A stretch of DNA of 64,000 nt from Octopus sinensis (lineage: Eukaryota): the NCBI RefSeq assembly GCF_006345805.1, contig NC_043010.1, forward strand, positions 17,484,001 through 17,548,000. Direction: 5' to 3'. The notes under the pieces were generated by a model. It was not told where the DNA came from and searched no databases. It saw only the letters and a list, made by a program, of their open reading frames with translations. The position numbers were made by a program, and so were the translations under genes. Below are positions 37,081-50,677 of this stretch, piece after piece. Position 1 is the first letter of the stretch. The number at the start of each line of letters is the position of its first letter.

Positions 37081-37960
37081 CAATTAATTTAAGTGAGCGA
37101 TTTTGGAAAGTGGTTTGAGCGCCTTTAATGTCCTTCCAACACCTGTCTGTGTCCTTGCACAGAGGCCATCCGGACTCCCATTTGCGCCGTGAACAGGGAT
37201 TAATTTTCTCTCTTCGCTCTTTTACGCCATTTGGCCTCAACTCTCCTCCCCGACTCCTACTTCTCTTCACTCCTACATCTCTTTCTCTCTGCTCCCTCAC
37301 TGTTTCTCTCCTCTCTCTCCCCTCCATCCTTACTCTTTCACCCTCTCTTTCTCTCTTCTCTTCTCCTCACGTACCCACCTTCCCCTCCCCCATAAGCCCA
37401 CCCACCCCTACATATTCCTAATCCCCCTTCCCTATCCTTCCCATTCCATCCCACATACCTACCCTCTGCCTACCCACAAACCCCAACCCTCAGCCGTACC
37501 CACACCCACCCGCGCTTTCCCCACTCTCGCCTCCCCCACCTCCTAACAACATCATACCACACCACACTACACCATACATTACACATCACAACACACCACC
37601 CACACACCCATCCCCACATTTTCACACCTACACATACATACACGCACACATCCAGACCACCAGCCCTCTTTCACACGCACATACATACTCTCTTATACAC
37701 ACACGCACCTTCGTGTTGGGGGGTCATCTTTACTTTGTTATCTCCCCTACTTTCCTTCTCGTGTGTGACCCTTCTGTCCGAGTCAGTCGCCATGATAGAT
37801 CGTTACCCACTACACATATTTTTTTCTCTCTTTATTTTTTCTGTGTCCCTTTCTGTAGAAGAGCGTAGGCTCGAAACGTAAAAGACTTTTTCTATTCCTG
37901 AGCGTTATACTAATACATCTGTTTGTTTTGTACACCATCTGTCTTTGTCTTTTGTTTTTT
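37081..37960 (+). mobile_element. Penelope-like element 3' remnant: GIY-YIG C-terminus, low-complexity tail and pseudo-LTR with a degenerate hammerhead (37849-37884)
   Basis: ORF 37128 carries 'RREQGLIFSLRSFTPFGLN', the PLE endonuclease C-terminal pattern. The downstream motif is CUUU CUGUAGA A GAGC-GUAG-GCUC GAAAC GUA AAAG. Confidence 0.65.
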
Positions 37961-39837
37961 TCGCAAACCCTCCCTATATATATACATATATATATATCAT
38001 CATCATCATCATCGTTTAACGCCCGCTTTCCATGCTAGCATGGGTTGGACGATTTTGACTGAGGACTGGCGAACCAGATGGCTGCACCAGGCTCCAATCA
38101 TGATCTGGCAGAGTTTCTACAGGTGGATGCCCTTCCTAACGCCAACCACTCCAAGAGTGTAGTGAGTGCTTCTTACGTGCCACCGGCACGGGAGCCAATT
38201 AGCCGCTCTGGCAACGATCACGCTCGGATGGTGCTCTTGACACCCTACTAGCACTGGCACAAGTGCCAGTAAGGCGACGCTGGTAATGATCACACTCGAA
38301 TGGTGCCTTTTATGTGCAACTGGCACGGAAGCTGGTTAGCCGCTCTGTCGATAATCACACTCGTATGGTGCTCTTTGCACCCCACTAGCATGGATGCCAG
38401 TCATCGAATTTGATTTTGATATATATGTGTATACATCTGCACAAATGTATATATATAGAGAGATGTATATGTATAGCTGTATATGTCATCATCATCATCA
38501 TCGATTAACATCCGCTTTCCATACTAGCATGGGTTGGACGATTTCACTGAGGACTGACAAACCAGACTCCAATCTGATCTGGCAGAGTTTCTACAGCTGG
38601 ATGCCTTTCCTAATGCCAACCACATGTATATGTGTAGATTATATATATATAGATATACATGTAATATGTACACATATATACATGCATACATATATACACC
38701 CATACACACACATATACATAGGTGCAGGTGTGGCTGTATGGTAAGAAACTTGGTTCCAAAACACATGATCTTGGGTTCAGTCCCACTGTGTGGTGACTTG
38801 GCATGTGTCTTCTGCTATAGCCTCAGACCAACCAAAGCCTTGTGAGTGAATTTCGTAGACAGAAACTGAAAAAAATCAATCGTGTATACATGTAAATTTA
38901 TGTGTGTGTCTTTGTGTTTCTCCCTCATCACTGCTTCACAACTGGTGTTCGTTTATTTACATCCCCATAATTGACTGGTTTGACAAGAAGAAACTGATAG
39001 AATAAGTACCGGGCTTATCAAAATTTAAAAAAAAAAGGCACTAGGCAGTGTCTCATATTTTTGTTTGCCCACTCAGTTGTATCTATCAATCTATCTTTTT
39101 GTGTGTGTGCGTGTATATATATATATATTTTTCGTTTTTGGATTTGGTTTGCAAGAGATGAGTTCGTGTGTTAAAGCATATTCTGTTGTGTCTGGGGAGA
39201 GTCATTCTCTTTTAGTACCTTATTATTTAACACACTCACCAGTAAAATTTCCACTTCTTATTTTAATTTTCCTAAAATTTTCATTGCATCTTGCAACCTT
39301 TACAATAGTCTTGACTCTGTCCGTTATTTATATTGCATTCCTTTTTTGTTTGTTTGTGTGCATGTGTGTGTGTGTGTGCATGCATGTATGTGTGTATGTA
39401 TATGTGTGTGTGTGCATCTGTATGTATGTATCCTGCATATTCATGTGCTTGCATGTCCGTGTTTGTGTTTGTATATGTATGCACCTCTATCTCTTTGTGT
39501 GTGTTATGCAACTATGTACCATGTTTGTATGTATGGATGTGCATCTCTGTATGTATGGGTCCGTGTCTCCATATGTGTCCTTGTGTGGAGTAAAGTGTGT
39601 GTATATATGGTCATGTGTCAGTCTCCATTTGCGTATGTGTGCTTGTCTGTTCTTATAACCTATGTACCTATCCGTCTGTATGTTGATCTGTTTATTTTCA
39701 TATCCATATGCTTACATACATAAAAAAAAACCCTGCATACACACACACTCACATACATCTATCTACATAAATCTACATAACAATTCACTAACTATTCTAC
39801 TCTACCTGTGTAAACTGTGGGTATGGAGGTATGATAT

Positions 39838-40161
39838 CTAACATGTATATTTTCTATTTAGTATTGGGGAGGTTTCATTTATAAGGACATACTCCCATAT
39901 TGGTCTGAGTGTTGGGTCTTTTGGGTGCTTGGATAAGATGCGGATGTTGAGTTGACCCAAGTTGCCTCCATGGTGGTCTTTGGCATGCTGGTAGAGTATG
40001 GAGGACTGTTTCTTGTCGTCATATTGTCTCAGATGTTCATTTATTCGTTCCACAATGCTCCTCGATGTCTTCCCTATGTACATCATGTTCATTTCTTTAC
40101 AAGAAATGAACATGAAAAACAGAAAGTGTTCTGAGGAGTGAACAAGAAAATGTTCCATCAT
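39838..40161 (-). mobile_element. GIY-YIG endonuclease fragment of a Penelope-like element
   Basis: MYIGKTSRSIVERINEH...SILYQHAKDHH...E.VLINETSPILN. Confidence 0.8.
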
Positions 40162-40907
40162 TTTGTTGCTAAAAGATTTTTGTTAGTGAATAAATATAAA
40201 CCCAACATAGTTTGCAGTTGATAACATCTTGTCAGTGTTGCAAAGTTTGGATTTAGTGCTTCATAGCAGCACAACGGTAAAAATGACAGTCTGGTAGCTA
40301 TGGTGGTAGGATGTATACCCTGGCAAGTCCAACCATGCTATTACTGGACTACCAACTCTACAGAAAGACTGTCTTACAGAACCAGGCCTACCTGAAAAAA
40401 GATAATTAGAGTACAAAGTGGTGGGAATGAGGTGATTGGGGAATACGGAAAGAACAAGTTCACAGAGTCAGCCATGTCACAAGGCACAGAACCAAGTGAA
40501 TGCATACAGTTGAGTATGATGTTGTGTAGAATCCAAGAGATCAAAGAAAACTACTCAGAAGACCTCCAAGAGGATGGGAAGTTAATAGAGTCAAACAATT
40601 TGGGCCCAAATGAAAGAGAAGGATGTCATCAAGGAAAGAATGGAAGTGCTGTGTGACCAGTGATGCATAAAGGTGTCTGATAGGCTTATAAGAAATTCTG
40701 CTGTAAACATTTTTGCCAGGAGAAAATTTGCTGGAACAAAAAAAGAATTGCAAAAAAAAAAAAAAAAAGGATTAGTTGTTTTCTTAAAATAGCAGCTTCA
40801 TCAATTAACCTACCAATTAGAGAAAGGTAATTTGTTTAACCCTTTCGTTGCTGCTTTTATTTTGAGATGCTCCAAGTTTCTTTCCATTAATTTTAAATAT
40901 AACAAGG

Positions 40908-41500
40908 AATTCAAGACAGATTGCCCCTGGGAGCCCCTCTATGCTGATGACCTTTCTCTAATAGCTGAATCCCTATCAGAACTAGAAAAAAGTTTCAGGT
41001 GTGGAAGTAAGGTCTAGAATCGAAAGACCTTAGAGTCAATCTAACAAAAACCAAAGTCTTAGCAAGTAGGAAGGCAAACAAATTACAAATCCCTTCAAAT
41101 AGATGGTCCTAGTTGATCTGTAGAAAAGGCGTTGGTAGAAACTCCATAAGATGTATCCGGTGTAAGCTATGGACACGGAAGAAGTGCAACAAGATCAAAA
41201 GAAGGCTAACTGGGAAGATAGTTTTTGTGTGCGGAAAATGTACAGGGGCAAAACACTGAAAATGTGCAGAAAATAGATTCCATTACATGCCAGGGGGAAA
41301 AACTAGAAATAGCTGATAGCTTCTGTTACCTAGGTGACCAAGTCAGTAGCGGGGCTGGATGCTCTGAGAGCATAGCTGCTTGAATAAGAATAGCCTGGGC
41401 AAAGTTCAGAGTGCTCCTACCTCTGCTCGTAATAAACATTGGGCCTCACAGTGACCGAGACCTTTGTAGATATGCTGTGCTGGATAAGACCTGGCATGCC
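40908..41500 (+). mobile_element. Second RTE-clade LINE fragment
   Basis: CPWEPLYADDLSLIAES and nucleotide similarity to 14710-15170. Confidence 0.8.
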
Positions 41501-42309
41501 AAGTGAGACTGTAGTTGTGGATTTTGCCAGTGTAGCATAACCGGCCCATTAGGCAATAAACTATGCTTGAGAAGACCTGTTAAGTCAAGTGAAATCATTG
41601 TCATGGCTGATGCCAGTACCACACGACTGGCTCCCGTGCTAGTGACACATAAAATGCACCTTACGAACATGGATGATGCCAGTGCCACCTGGCTGGCTCT
41701 CGTGCTGGTAGCATGTAAAAGGCACCATTTGAGCGTGGTCGTTACCAGTGCCACCTGACTGGCCCTCATTCCAGTAGCACGTAAAAAGATCTCACTACAC
41801 TATCGGAGTGGTTGGCATTAGGAAGGGCATCAAGCTGTAGAAACCTCGCCAGATCAGATTGGAGCCTGGTGCAGCCTCCTGGCTTGCTAATACTCAGTCA
41901 AACCATCCAACCCTTACCAGCAAGGAAAGCGGGCGTTAAATGATGATGGCAATGATTGTTTAGAAAAGAGGCTTCAAAATTGTACCACAACATTTTAGTC
42001 CTTTGTCCTTCATTGCTAGGTGTGTCATGAACTCAAGTAAATTCGTATAACTATGAAAGACATGATACACTCATGACAATGGGTACATTGAATTGTTAAA
42101 AATGGGTGAAGGCAATATTTTTAAGATGTAGGTCACCAGTGTGAAACTTTTGAAAAGTTCTGATTTAGAGAGAAGTAACTTGAGACACCTGAACATGGAA
42201 GTGTTCAGTGGTCCTGTCTAATGGACCAATTTCACTTCCGTCTTCCATGCTGGCACGGGTTGGAGGATATTGTGGAATCTGATGAACCATGTGGAAAGCG
42301 AAAACAGTT

Positions 42310-45300
42310 AACAGTAATAACAACAACAAATAATAACATCTTATTTATCTGTATCTTCACTTTTTTTCTTCTTCTTCCTTTCTTTGTTTACCTTGCACCA
42401 CAGTACGGATGGGCAGACAGAACAAAACTGCCACGGTATCATCCGCGGATGAGCCATGCAACAAAACTGGTCGCTGTCCTACAATAGAACATTGCCCGGC
42501 AAATCACATCTGTCATCTATGCACAAAACTCGAAAATTCCTTCCGAAATAGATGGGTTGAATGCAGTAACTGTCGTGTTTCGATCTGCTTTCAATGTGCC
42601 ACAAACTTTCAGAAGATCCCAGGTCAAAAGAAAGGACACCATACTTCTATGATGGATAAACTCTGGGAAATGGTCCAGCTACCAAACTGGTCGTTTCATT
42701 GCCTGACTTGTGTGGCGACTTGTGTGTCCCCTGCCACCATTGCTGCTGAACAGCAACAACCAACTACTTTGTCTCCCAAAACCAGCCCTGTTATAAAGAA
42801 CAACAGCAAAAACTGAATCCGCCCATGTCTTCCTCCCCTGTCACTCTTCAACAGCAGCAACAAAAATCGGCCATTCATGTTGAAGAACAACAAAAACAGA
42901 AACTTAAACCCCCTATGTCTTCCTCCCCTATTGCTCTTGGACAACAAAAATTAATCATTCCAGCTGAAGTACATCAGCAGGAACAAAAACCAACCATGAT
43001 GCTTCCCAACTAAAACAGAGATCGACCATCAGCACAGAAGTTGCAGAAATTAGACGAATGATTTCCGCTTTGAGTCGTGAAGTAGCAGGACTCAGAACCA
43101 GTGTCTGTCCAAAAAACTCGCAGCGAAGGGTCATATAGGAGTGCCCTGCTCAGCAACTTACCTGTAGCTCGTACAGAACCTCAACGCATCGAGGGAGTTG
43201 CTGAGCCGGCCACTCATGAATTAATAGCCACCGGAGTGCCGGAAGATGTGGCAGATCTGCAGGCATTCATTGGAAACACAGGTAGGGATCGCAGCTGTGT
43301 CCCTCCAAAAAGTGCTTCCCGCCTTGGCCGACCGGGATCCAAACCCAGGCTGATCAGGCTGTTGTTTACAGGCTCTACTGAGGCGTGGACATTCCATCTG
43401 GCTGCTGACAGAGCTCGGCGTGACAACATTATCAACTTTAGAACACGTCCTGGCCTACCACCCGATGTACGCCCAAAGCTAAGATCCGTGGCTTCCCTAA
43501 ATCGCAACTCTGTGCCACGGGAGAGTTTTAGCCTCCGCGATGATGGGCAGATCTGGAAATTTGTCAAGTCTGGTGAGTCGTGGATAAGGGATGCCAGTTG
43601 GACTGAGCAGACTACACCCACAACAACAACTGGCAATGCAAAAATCTTGGGAAACTAACCAAGAACAATCAGCCATCCCCTGTATATCATCATCTGAAAT
43701 CCAGATATAAACTGCTGTCCTTGAATGCCCGTAGTTTATGCAACAAGGTGCATCTTTTTGTCTCCTACGTCAAAAGTATCAACCCAGATTTCATCACAGT
43801 CATGGAAACGTGGGCACACTCTGCACTCTGTGATGGAGTTTTCAGCATAGCCGGCTACAACCTGTTCCGCAAAGACCGCATTAATTGCCGTGGAGGGGGT
43901 GAGATGATTTATGTTCGATCAAGTCTATCGGCAATCCCCTGTGATGATTTGAACCAATCTCAGCAGGAGGTATTTTTCTGCAATGTACACATGACCATGT
44001 CAACACTTCTGCTCGGAGTCGTTTACCGTCCTCCAAATTATCGCCAAGACGCACAGCTTTTTGATATCCTCAGGGCGGCTGCCATGAAAACAGCCACATA
44101 TGTGTATGTTGCGGGGGACTTCAATTTCCCTGAGATTGACTGGGAGGCCTTCCGTTGGCCGCAAAGTGCAGACGATTTCCTTGAACTGGTGCTGAATTCA
44201 AATTGGTCCCAAGTTGTTACCTCCCCCACAAGGGGTAAGAACACTTTGGATCTGCTACTTACTGCTTCTCCTGAAACAATCATTAGTGTCGCTACCGAAG
44301 AACCTTTGGGTAACTCTGATCATTCCATGATCATGGCCGACTTGTCTCTGATTGGTTGTAACAAAAAACACAACCATCTTCAGATTGCCCGCTTTGACTG
44401 GAATAAAGCAAACTGGAGCTCTTATTGTACTGAGCTGCAACGCCCAAACTGGCGCAAATTTTATGCCTCTGCAGATGTGGACACTATACTCCAGAACATT
44501 CTGAATTCAATATGGGAAGCATGTGCAGCATCAGTACCACGCAAGCACAAAAAACCACCCAATAGTGCAATTTGGGAGACTGCAGCAGTCCGACTTGCCA
44601 GGAAAGAACGCCGTAATGCTGAACGGGAATACAAATTGCACAAATCAGAGAGCAACAGGAAAAAGCGCAATAGGTCAGCCAACCACCTCAAGCAGGTGAC
44701 AAAAAAGGCAGTGCTTGAATTTGAACAACGCATTACAGCTAACCCTGACAGCAAAGGGTTCTGGAAGTATGTGCACTCAAAGCAGAGACCCCACTCTCCA
44801 GTTGGTCCCCTTCGCAATCCCCACACAGGACAGATTACTGGCAATCCCGAAGAATGTGCAGAAATCATTGCTGGATGCTATGCTGGCATCTTTACTGTCG
44901 AAGACCAAAATGTTCCATCTTCATCACCACTGACATCGGACTCTATATCTTCTATGCAATTTACACCAGCAATGCTGCAACGCCACCTAAAGAATAAACG
45001 CAATTATGCCTCTCCTGGTCTCGATGGTGTTACATACCTACTTCTCAAACGCGGTGGGTACTTTCTTCTAAGCCAACTTTCTCTATTCTTCCAATTCTGT
45101 CTTGACAATGGTGTTACTCCAGAACAGTGGAAAACTGCCAGTGTCATCCCTCTGTTCAAAAAAGGCGACCGCACATCGCCCCGTCAGTCTTACTAGCTGC
45201 ATCGCCAAACTGATGGAATCCTGTATCAGAGAAACCCTCTGGAACTTCTGGAAGTCTAACAGCCTCATCCAGCCATCACAATTCGGATTTATTCCTAACT

Positions 45301-46617
45301 CCAGCTGCTGTAATCAACTCATCGAGTTTCTTGAGGACGTTACCCAAATCACTGATCGCAGATCCTGGGTGGATGTTGTTTACCTGGACTTTGCTAAGGC
45401 TTTTAACTCTGTGCTACACAAAAGACTTATGGTGAAGCTTTCTGCGTTGGGTGTAAGAGACAAACTCTATAACTGGTTAAAGTCCTTTATTTTCGGCCGA
45501 AAAGAGGTTGTCACAGTTCTAGGACAGCACTCTTCGCCCTATGAGATGACATCTGGTGTGCAGCAGGGATCTGTTCTTGGCCCCCTTTTATTTGTTGCAT
45601 ATGTTAATGACATAGATGCCAACTTAAAGAATGCCACAGTGCTGAAATATGCAGATGACATCAAGCTGTACCTCGAAATAAAGAGGTCAAATCCTGTACA
45701 CTATGGATCTCTATTGCAAGCAGACCTGGACACAATGCAGCAGTGGATCATGGACTGGCAACTCAAGCTGGCTGTGGACAAATGTACCACCATGCATTTT
45801 GGGAGGAGAAACCCAGCGTCCACCTACTCCCTCCACAACACTAGTCTCAAAAAGTCTTCAAGTGAACGTGACCTGGGTGTTATTGTCGACAGTGATTTGC
45901 GTTGGACAAAACACATCGCTAAAATTGTCAAGAAGGCTGAGGGTGTCTTGGCATCACTCACCAAATCCTTTGTGAGCCGCTCTCCGGCTATCTATCTGCG
46001 GCTTTATATAGCTATGGTAAGACCTCACCTGGAATTTGCATCACCGGTCTGGAACCCCTATCTTGCCCAGGACATCAATCGTCTGGAAGCTGTTCAGCGA
46101 CGTGCAACCAAAAGAATACCCTCCATCAGGCATTTGCCATATCCTGAACGCCTTACTTCCCTGGGCATGGACACATTGAAACTCCGACGTCTGGCAGCTG
46201 ACTTGGCAGACACCCATAAAATTATCAACCATCACACAAACAATAACTCTGAGCACCTCTTCAAACTCCACCCATCTAACACCCGTGGACATATTTACAA
46301 AGTAAGAAAACAGCACAGCTCCCATGACTTCAGGAAACATTTTTTCACGCTGAGAGTTGCTGAAGCATGGAACAAACTGCTGGCATCAGTTGTTAGTTGT
46401 CGGAGCACTGCATCCTTCAAAACTTCCATGCTTCCTGAGATTCGCCAACACTACACTTGATTTTCTCCCCTCCATACACATACAAGCATGTATCTGACTC
46501 ATACATTATTCGCTTTCCAGACATTTGTACATTACTGCATATACTTTATATGCACTTTCTGACAAGTTGTGGTGCACCTGAGCACTGTATACAATAATTT
46601 CATTATTATTATTATTA
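42310..46617 (+). mobile_element. Near full-length CR1-group LINE (ORF1 with PHD finger; ORF2 APE endonuclease plus RT; (ATT)n tail), inactivated
   Basis: ORF1 region 42409-43658 has C-x2-C...C-x2-C...C-x2-C...HCLTC and RLGR...PRLIRL, interrupted by stops. ORF2 43721-46460 has NARS, YRPP, GDFN, SDH, YLDFAKAF and KYADD, with a frameshift near 45180. The tail is 'ttcattattattattatt'. Confidence 0.93.
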
Positions 46618-47642
46618 TAGAACACCTGGGATGAGCTAAAATGTCAGCTTTGGTTTCGACAGTTAGATGCTCTTCGTAAAGACAACCACATTACACTGTG
46701 TACCAGGCGCTTTTTCTTTTTCCTTTGTAACAGTGGTCCTAGTGACGTTACCATGAAATTCACAAGACAAGACCCTTGGACTGAAGAGAGCTGCAGCAGT
46801 GAAGGCAGTGGCTTTGTGCCACCAACTACCAAGAGTAGGAACAGAGGAACAGGAACAGTTGAAAAGGGAGAAAGGATAGAGATGTGAGGGCATACCTTCA
46901 AGGAACAGGAAGAGAGAGAGGATCAAGGATAGGCAGATGTGTAGGTTCGTGAGTGTGAAAGGAGAGTGGAGATGGTTAGAGAAGGGGAGATGTGAACTTG
47001 CAATGCTTAAATACAAGAAAGCAAGAAGAAAATTTGTTAGTGAAGGGTTTCAACAATTTGAGAAAAGTGGTATGAAATATCTACACAAAAATGAAACTTT
47101 CAGATGTCTTAAAAAAGTTACAATACAAAACACACCGTATAAGTAATTTATTAACAACAACAAAAAACAAAAGAAACATGAATATTATGAAGAATAAAAG
47201 GAGAAAAATTTCTCTTTGCTTTTTTTTTTGTTAAAAATATACCGAATGTAAAATATGTTATAATTTAATAATGAAAATATAATTACTTTGTAACATTACC
47301 CCCAGTGCATCACTGGTATTTATTTTATCGACCCCGAAAGGATGAAAGGCAAAGTCAACCCCGGCAGAATTTCAACTCAGAATGTGAAGACGGACAAAAT
47401 GCCACAAAGAATTTTGCCCAGTGTGCTAACGAGTCTGCCAGCATGCCAGCTTACGGGATGTAGATGATATTAATTATGATAAGTATGCTGCTTCTCATCA
47501 TCTGCTCCTGTCCTTCTGTGCTTGATAACAAGTCAACAGGACGTTGTTGAACATCCTGTTGACCCGTCCAAACCCTGCCCAGCATGTATAATTTATAAAT
47601 AAAATAATTATATTTCCATTTTAAATTATAACAAATTTACTT

Positions 47643-47870
47643 CAACCCTTTAACATTTAAGCTGGCCATATGTGGCCCAAACATTCCGCCAGTTTCCAGT
47701 TCAAACCAGCCTGATCCAGCCTCTCACACTTACCTTGCAATAATCGTTTTAAATGTAAAGAGTCACATCATTGAAATCCCAAAGCCACAAGATAATGCAT
47801 GATTAATTCAAAACAATTTGAATAAACGAGAATTAAATTTGACAAAGTAATCTCAATGCTGAAAAGTTAA
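47643..47870. mobile_element. piggyBac-like (TTAA-type) MITE, degenerate; related copy at ~3117-3335
   Basis: Ends ttcaaccctt...aaaagttaa, with shared internal sequence between the two copies. Confidence 0.55.
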
Positions 47871-50677
47871 ATATTTCTTTAACAAGAAAATATAAGAGAA
47901 AACTGAATTTTTCAAATTTTAAATATGTAATGAAAATTAAAATATACATTTGATATTTCTGAGAAATGAAAAATAATACCAGTAAAAGAACCAATTATTC
48001 TTTTTGCACCAATTTTGAATGATTAATAAATAAATAAATTTTTTTTAAATCCTCAAACCCTGGATGTTATATGCCAAATAGTTACTTGAATTCCCTGTAC
48101 AATTGATATGAATATTTTAAGGACAACAGAATGAATTTACTAAGACACTCCATCATGCCATATCCTAATTAACAACAATAATTTGCTGTTAATTTGTTAT
48201 AAAAGTAAAAAGAAAAGAAAGGAATGATCTTATATTTAAAAAATAATTAACAAGGGAGTCCTTATCATTTAATGTCCATTTTCCATGCTGGCATGGATTG
48301 AACGGTTTGACAGGAACAGCACTAGGTCCCATTGTTTGTTTTGGCTGGGCTTCTACAGCTGGATACCCTTCCTAGCACCAACCACTTTACAGAATGGACT
48401 GGGTGCTTTTTATGTGGCACCAGCACCTAGAAAAATAGAATATTTATATATATATCTTAATGACTCAAAACCCAGTTTGCAAATAACTATGGAAACCAAC
48501 TATATGATTAATAAATGGGACAATATCATGAGTTCTACTTGACTAATATGAAGGCATGTGGTTAATGGATTAGGGTGTGACACTCAGAATTGCAAGATCA
48601 TCGTTACACTTCCCAGGTGGTGTGTTGAGTCCTTGATCAAAACACGTCATGTTGCCCAGGCCACTCGGTTGTAAATGAGTGAGCTTGCGATCAACTGGTA
48701 TCCTGTTTCAGTGGGGAATGTTGTGATTTTCAGTCAATTTGATTCCCCTGCTTTAGGGGGTCCTGCAACTCGAGTCAGTATTTACTTTTTTTCTTTTTTT
48801 TGTAATTTACTCCATCAAAGAACAAATGTATATGTAAAGTGTATGACTGCATTGGGGGAGTGAGAATGAGAAAAGAGAAAAAAGGAGGAAGTTGTAGTTG
48901 TGAGATGAGGTTGAAATTAGCATTGAGATTGGGGGGGGGGAGATACGTGTGCATTAAGTAGTTGTCCAGTAATTATACTTTTGTTGCTACTGCTCGACAT
49001 ATACAATCTTGAATGTGTGTGTTTGGGAAAATTCTGGGGGGAAAAAAAAGCACAAAAAAAAACCCTTCAAATCTATGTAACCAGTCATTCTGCACTGATT
49101 TCTGACCACTTAGCAGAGTTGATGTGGTAGCCAATCTCTAATTAAACAGCTGATGAAAGGTAGAGAACTGTGTGAGGCTGAACATTTTGGTTCCTAAATT
49201 TTCTTGATCAAATTAATTTTCATTTTTCCTGTTGATATTTCTAGTAATTTTATGAATATTCTAATATCAAATATTCATAAAATTACAGCATCAACGAGAA
49301 AAAGGAATCAAAGAATACTTATCAATGAAATTTATGATCAAAATGGAAAATACCCCCCCCCCCCCGAAAAGTAGCAATACTCATAAGAATGTTAATTTTA
49401 ATGAGAAGTAGGTGGAAATTCATTTGATTAACAAAAAGGTATTTAGTTTGTGAACATAAACTGAAACTAGAAACCTCAAAGCCATTTGGAAATGTCCAAA
49501 TGGATATATTTCAACAAGAGACTCCCTTCTTTTCTGTTCTCCCCCCACCCCCGATAAAAAAATTTTTTTTAAGAGCTTTACAACTTTCTCCCCACCTTTA
49601 AAAAAAAGAAAAAACACCTCAATTATTATTTTCCTTTCTTACCCAGTCAATTACTGCTTAGAATAATGTCCAGCTTTCTTGTTGTGCATATAAAACCGGA
49701 AAAAATACCAAGAAATGTTTAGCATGGTGTGTGTTTGACCCGACCAGCTGGTGTTGATTCGATACTACAACCGAAAGAATGTCGTTAACAGCTTAACCAA
49801 GAGTTCCTAAAATAGCTTACAAGTTTTACTTACTACCTCAACTTTCTGTTTTTTTTGCTTAATTTATCACTTGGCAAATAGCGTTTAAATTTAACACTAA
49901 CTATTAATAATAAGTTATTAAACAACCAGCAAAGTTCTGGGGTCAGCTCTATACTCTCTAAGTAGTTCCTAATATTTTCTTGCTTTCAAAGAAATATAAA
50001 CAATTTCTAAGAAAATCAAGAGCAAATCTGAATGAAAAAAAAAACATAAATAGTGAGAATGGGTATAAATGCAGATTGGTGCCCCATCTCCCAATTTTGT
50101 TTCTTCACAAATTTCTGAGAAGTGTATATTTTTCAAAATTCAAATACTGCCGAAATATATTTTCGCGGGTGTAGATTACAATTATGTCCTTAAATTTAAG
50201 TAAAAATTTTAAAGAATATTTTAGGACCGTTCCTCCCCCACTCGGTACCGTTTGTTGGTACTAATTTCCATAATTTTAGCATTTTTAGAAAACTTTTTAA
50301 ACCAGGTATGTTTGAAGCATCAATATTATATAATGTAAACTCTCGAAAACGTATTTCTACAAAATGTTTAAAGAGAGCTATGAGGAAACAGTCGGCAGGA
50401 GAGAAGAATGTTCTAAAATTCCTTTTAAAAAAGGATGGGGTTAAAATTGCCGACATAATCGTAATTCAAATCCTTGATAACATATCCCAGCTAAATTTCA
50501 TTAAAAAATATGCATTATTGAGAAAGTTATAAAGAAATACAGTAGGGAATATTAAAGAGAAATTTCGACCTGGGTCGGGGGTGAACTAGCTCATGAGTCC
50601 CTTAAAGTATGTAAATATTCACCGAATGAAGAAATTGCAGGCTAAAATAATGAACAAATGAATTATTACACCAGAGG

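Noticed and set aside
43214-44933. Antisense and alternative-frame ORFs over the CR1 element
   Set aside because: Shadow ORFs of the LINE coding strand.
46645-46690. Hammerhead-like motif on minus, just after the CR1 tail
   Set aside because: The core reads UUUACGA and stems II and I do not pair.
49244-49286. Perfect 17-bp AT-rich hairpin downstream of the transporter
   Set aside because: Short and very AT-rich, with no supporting context. Likely chance or a repeat remnant.
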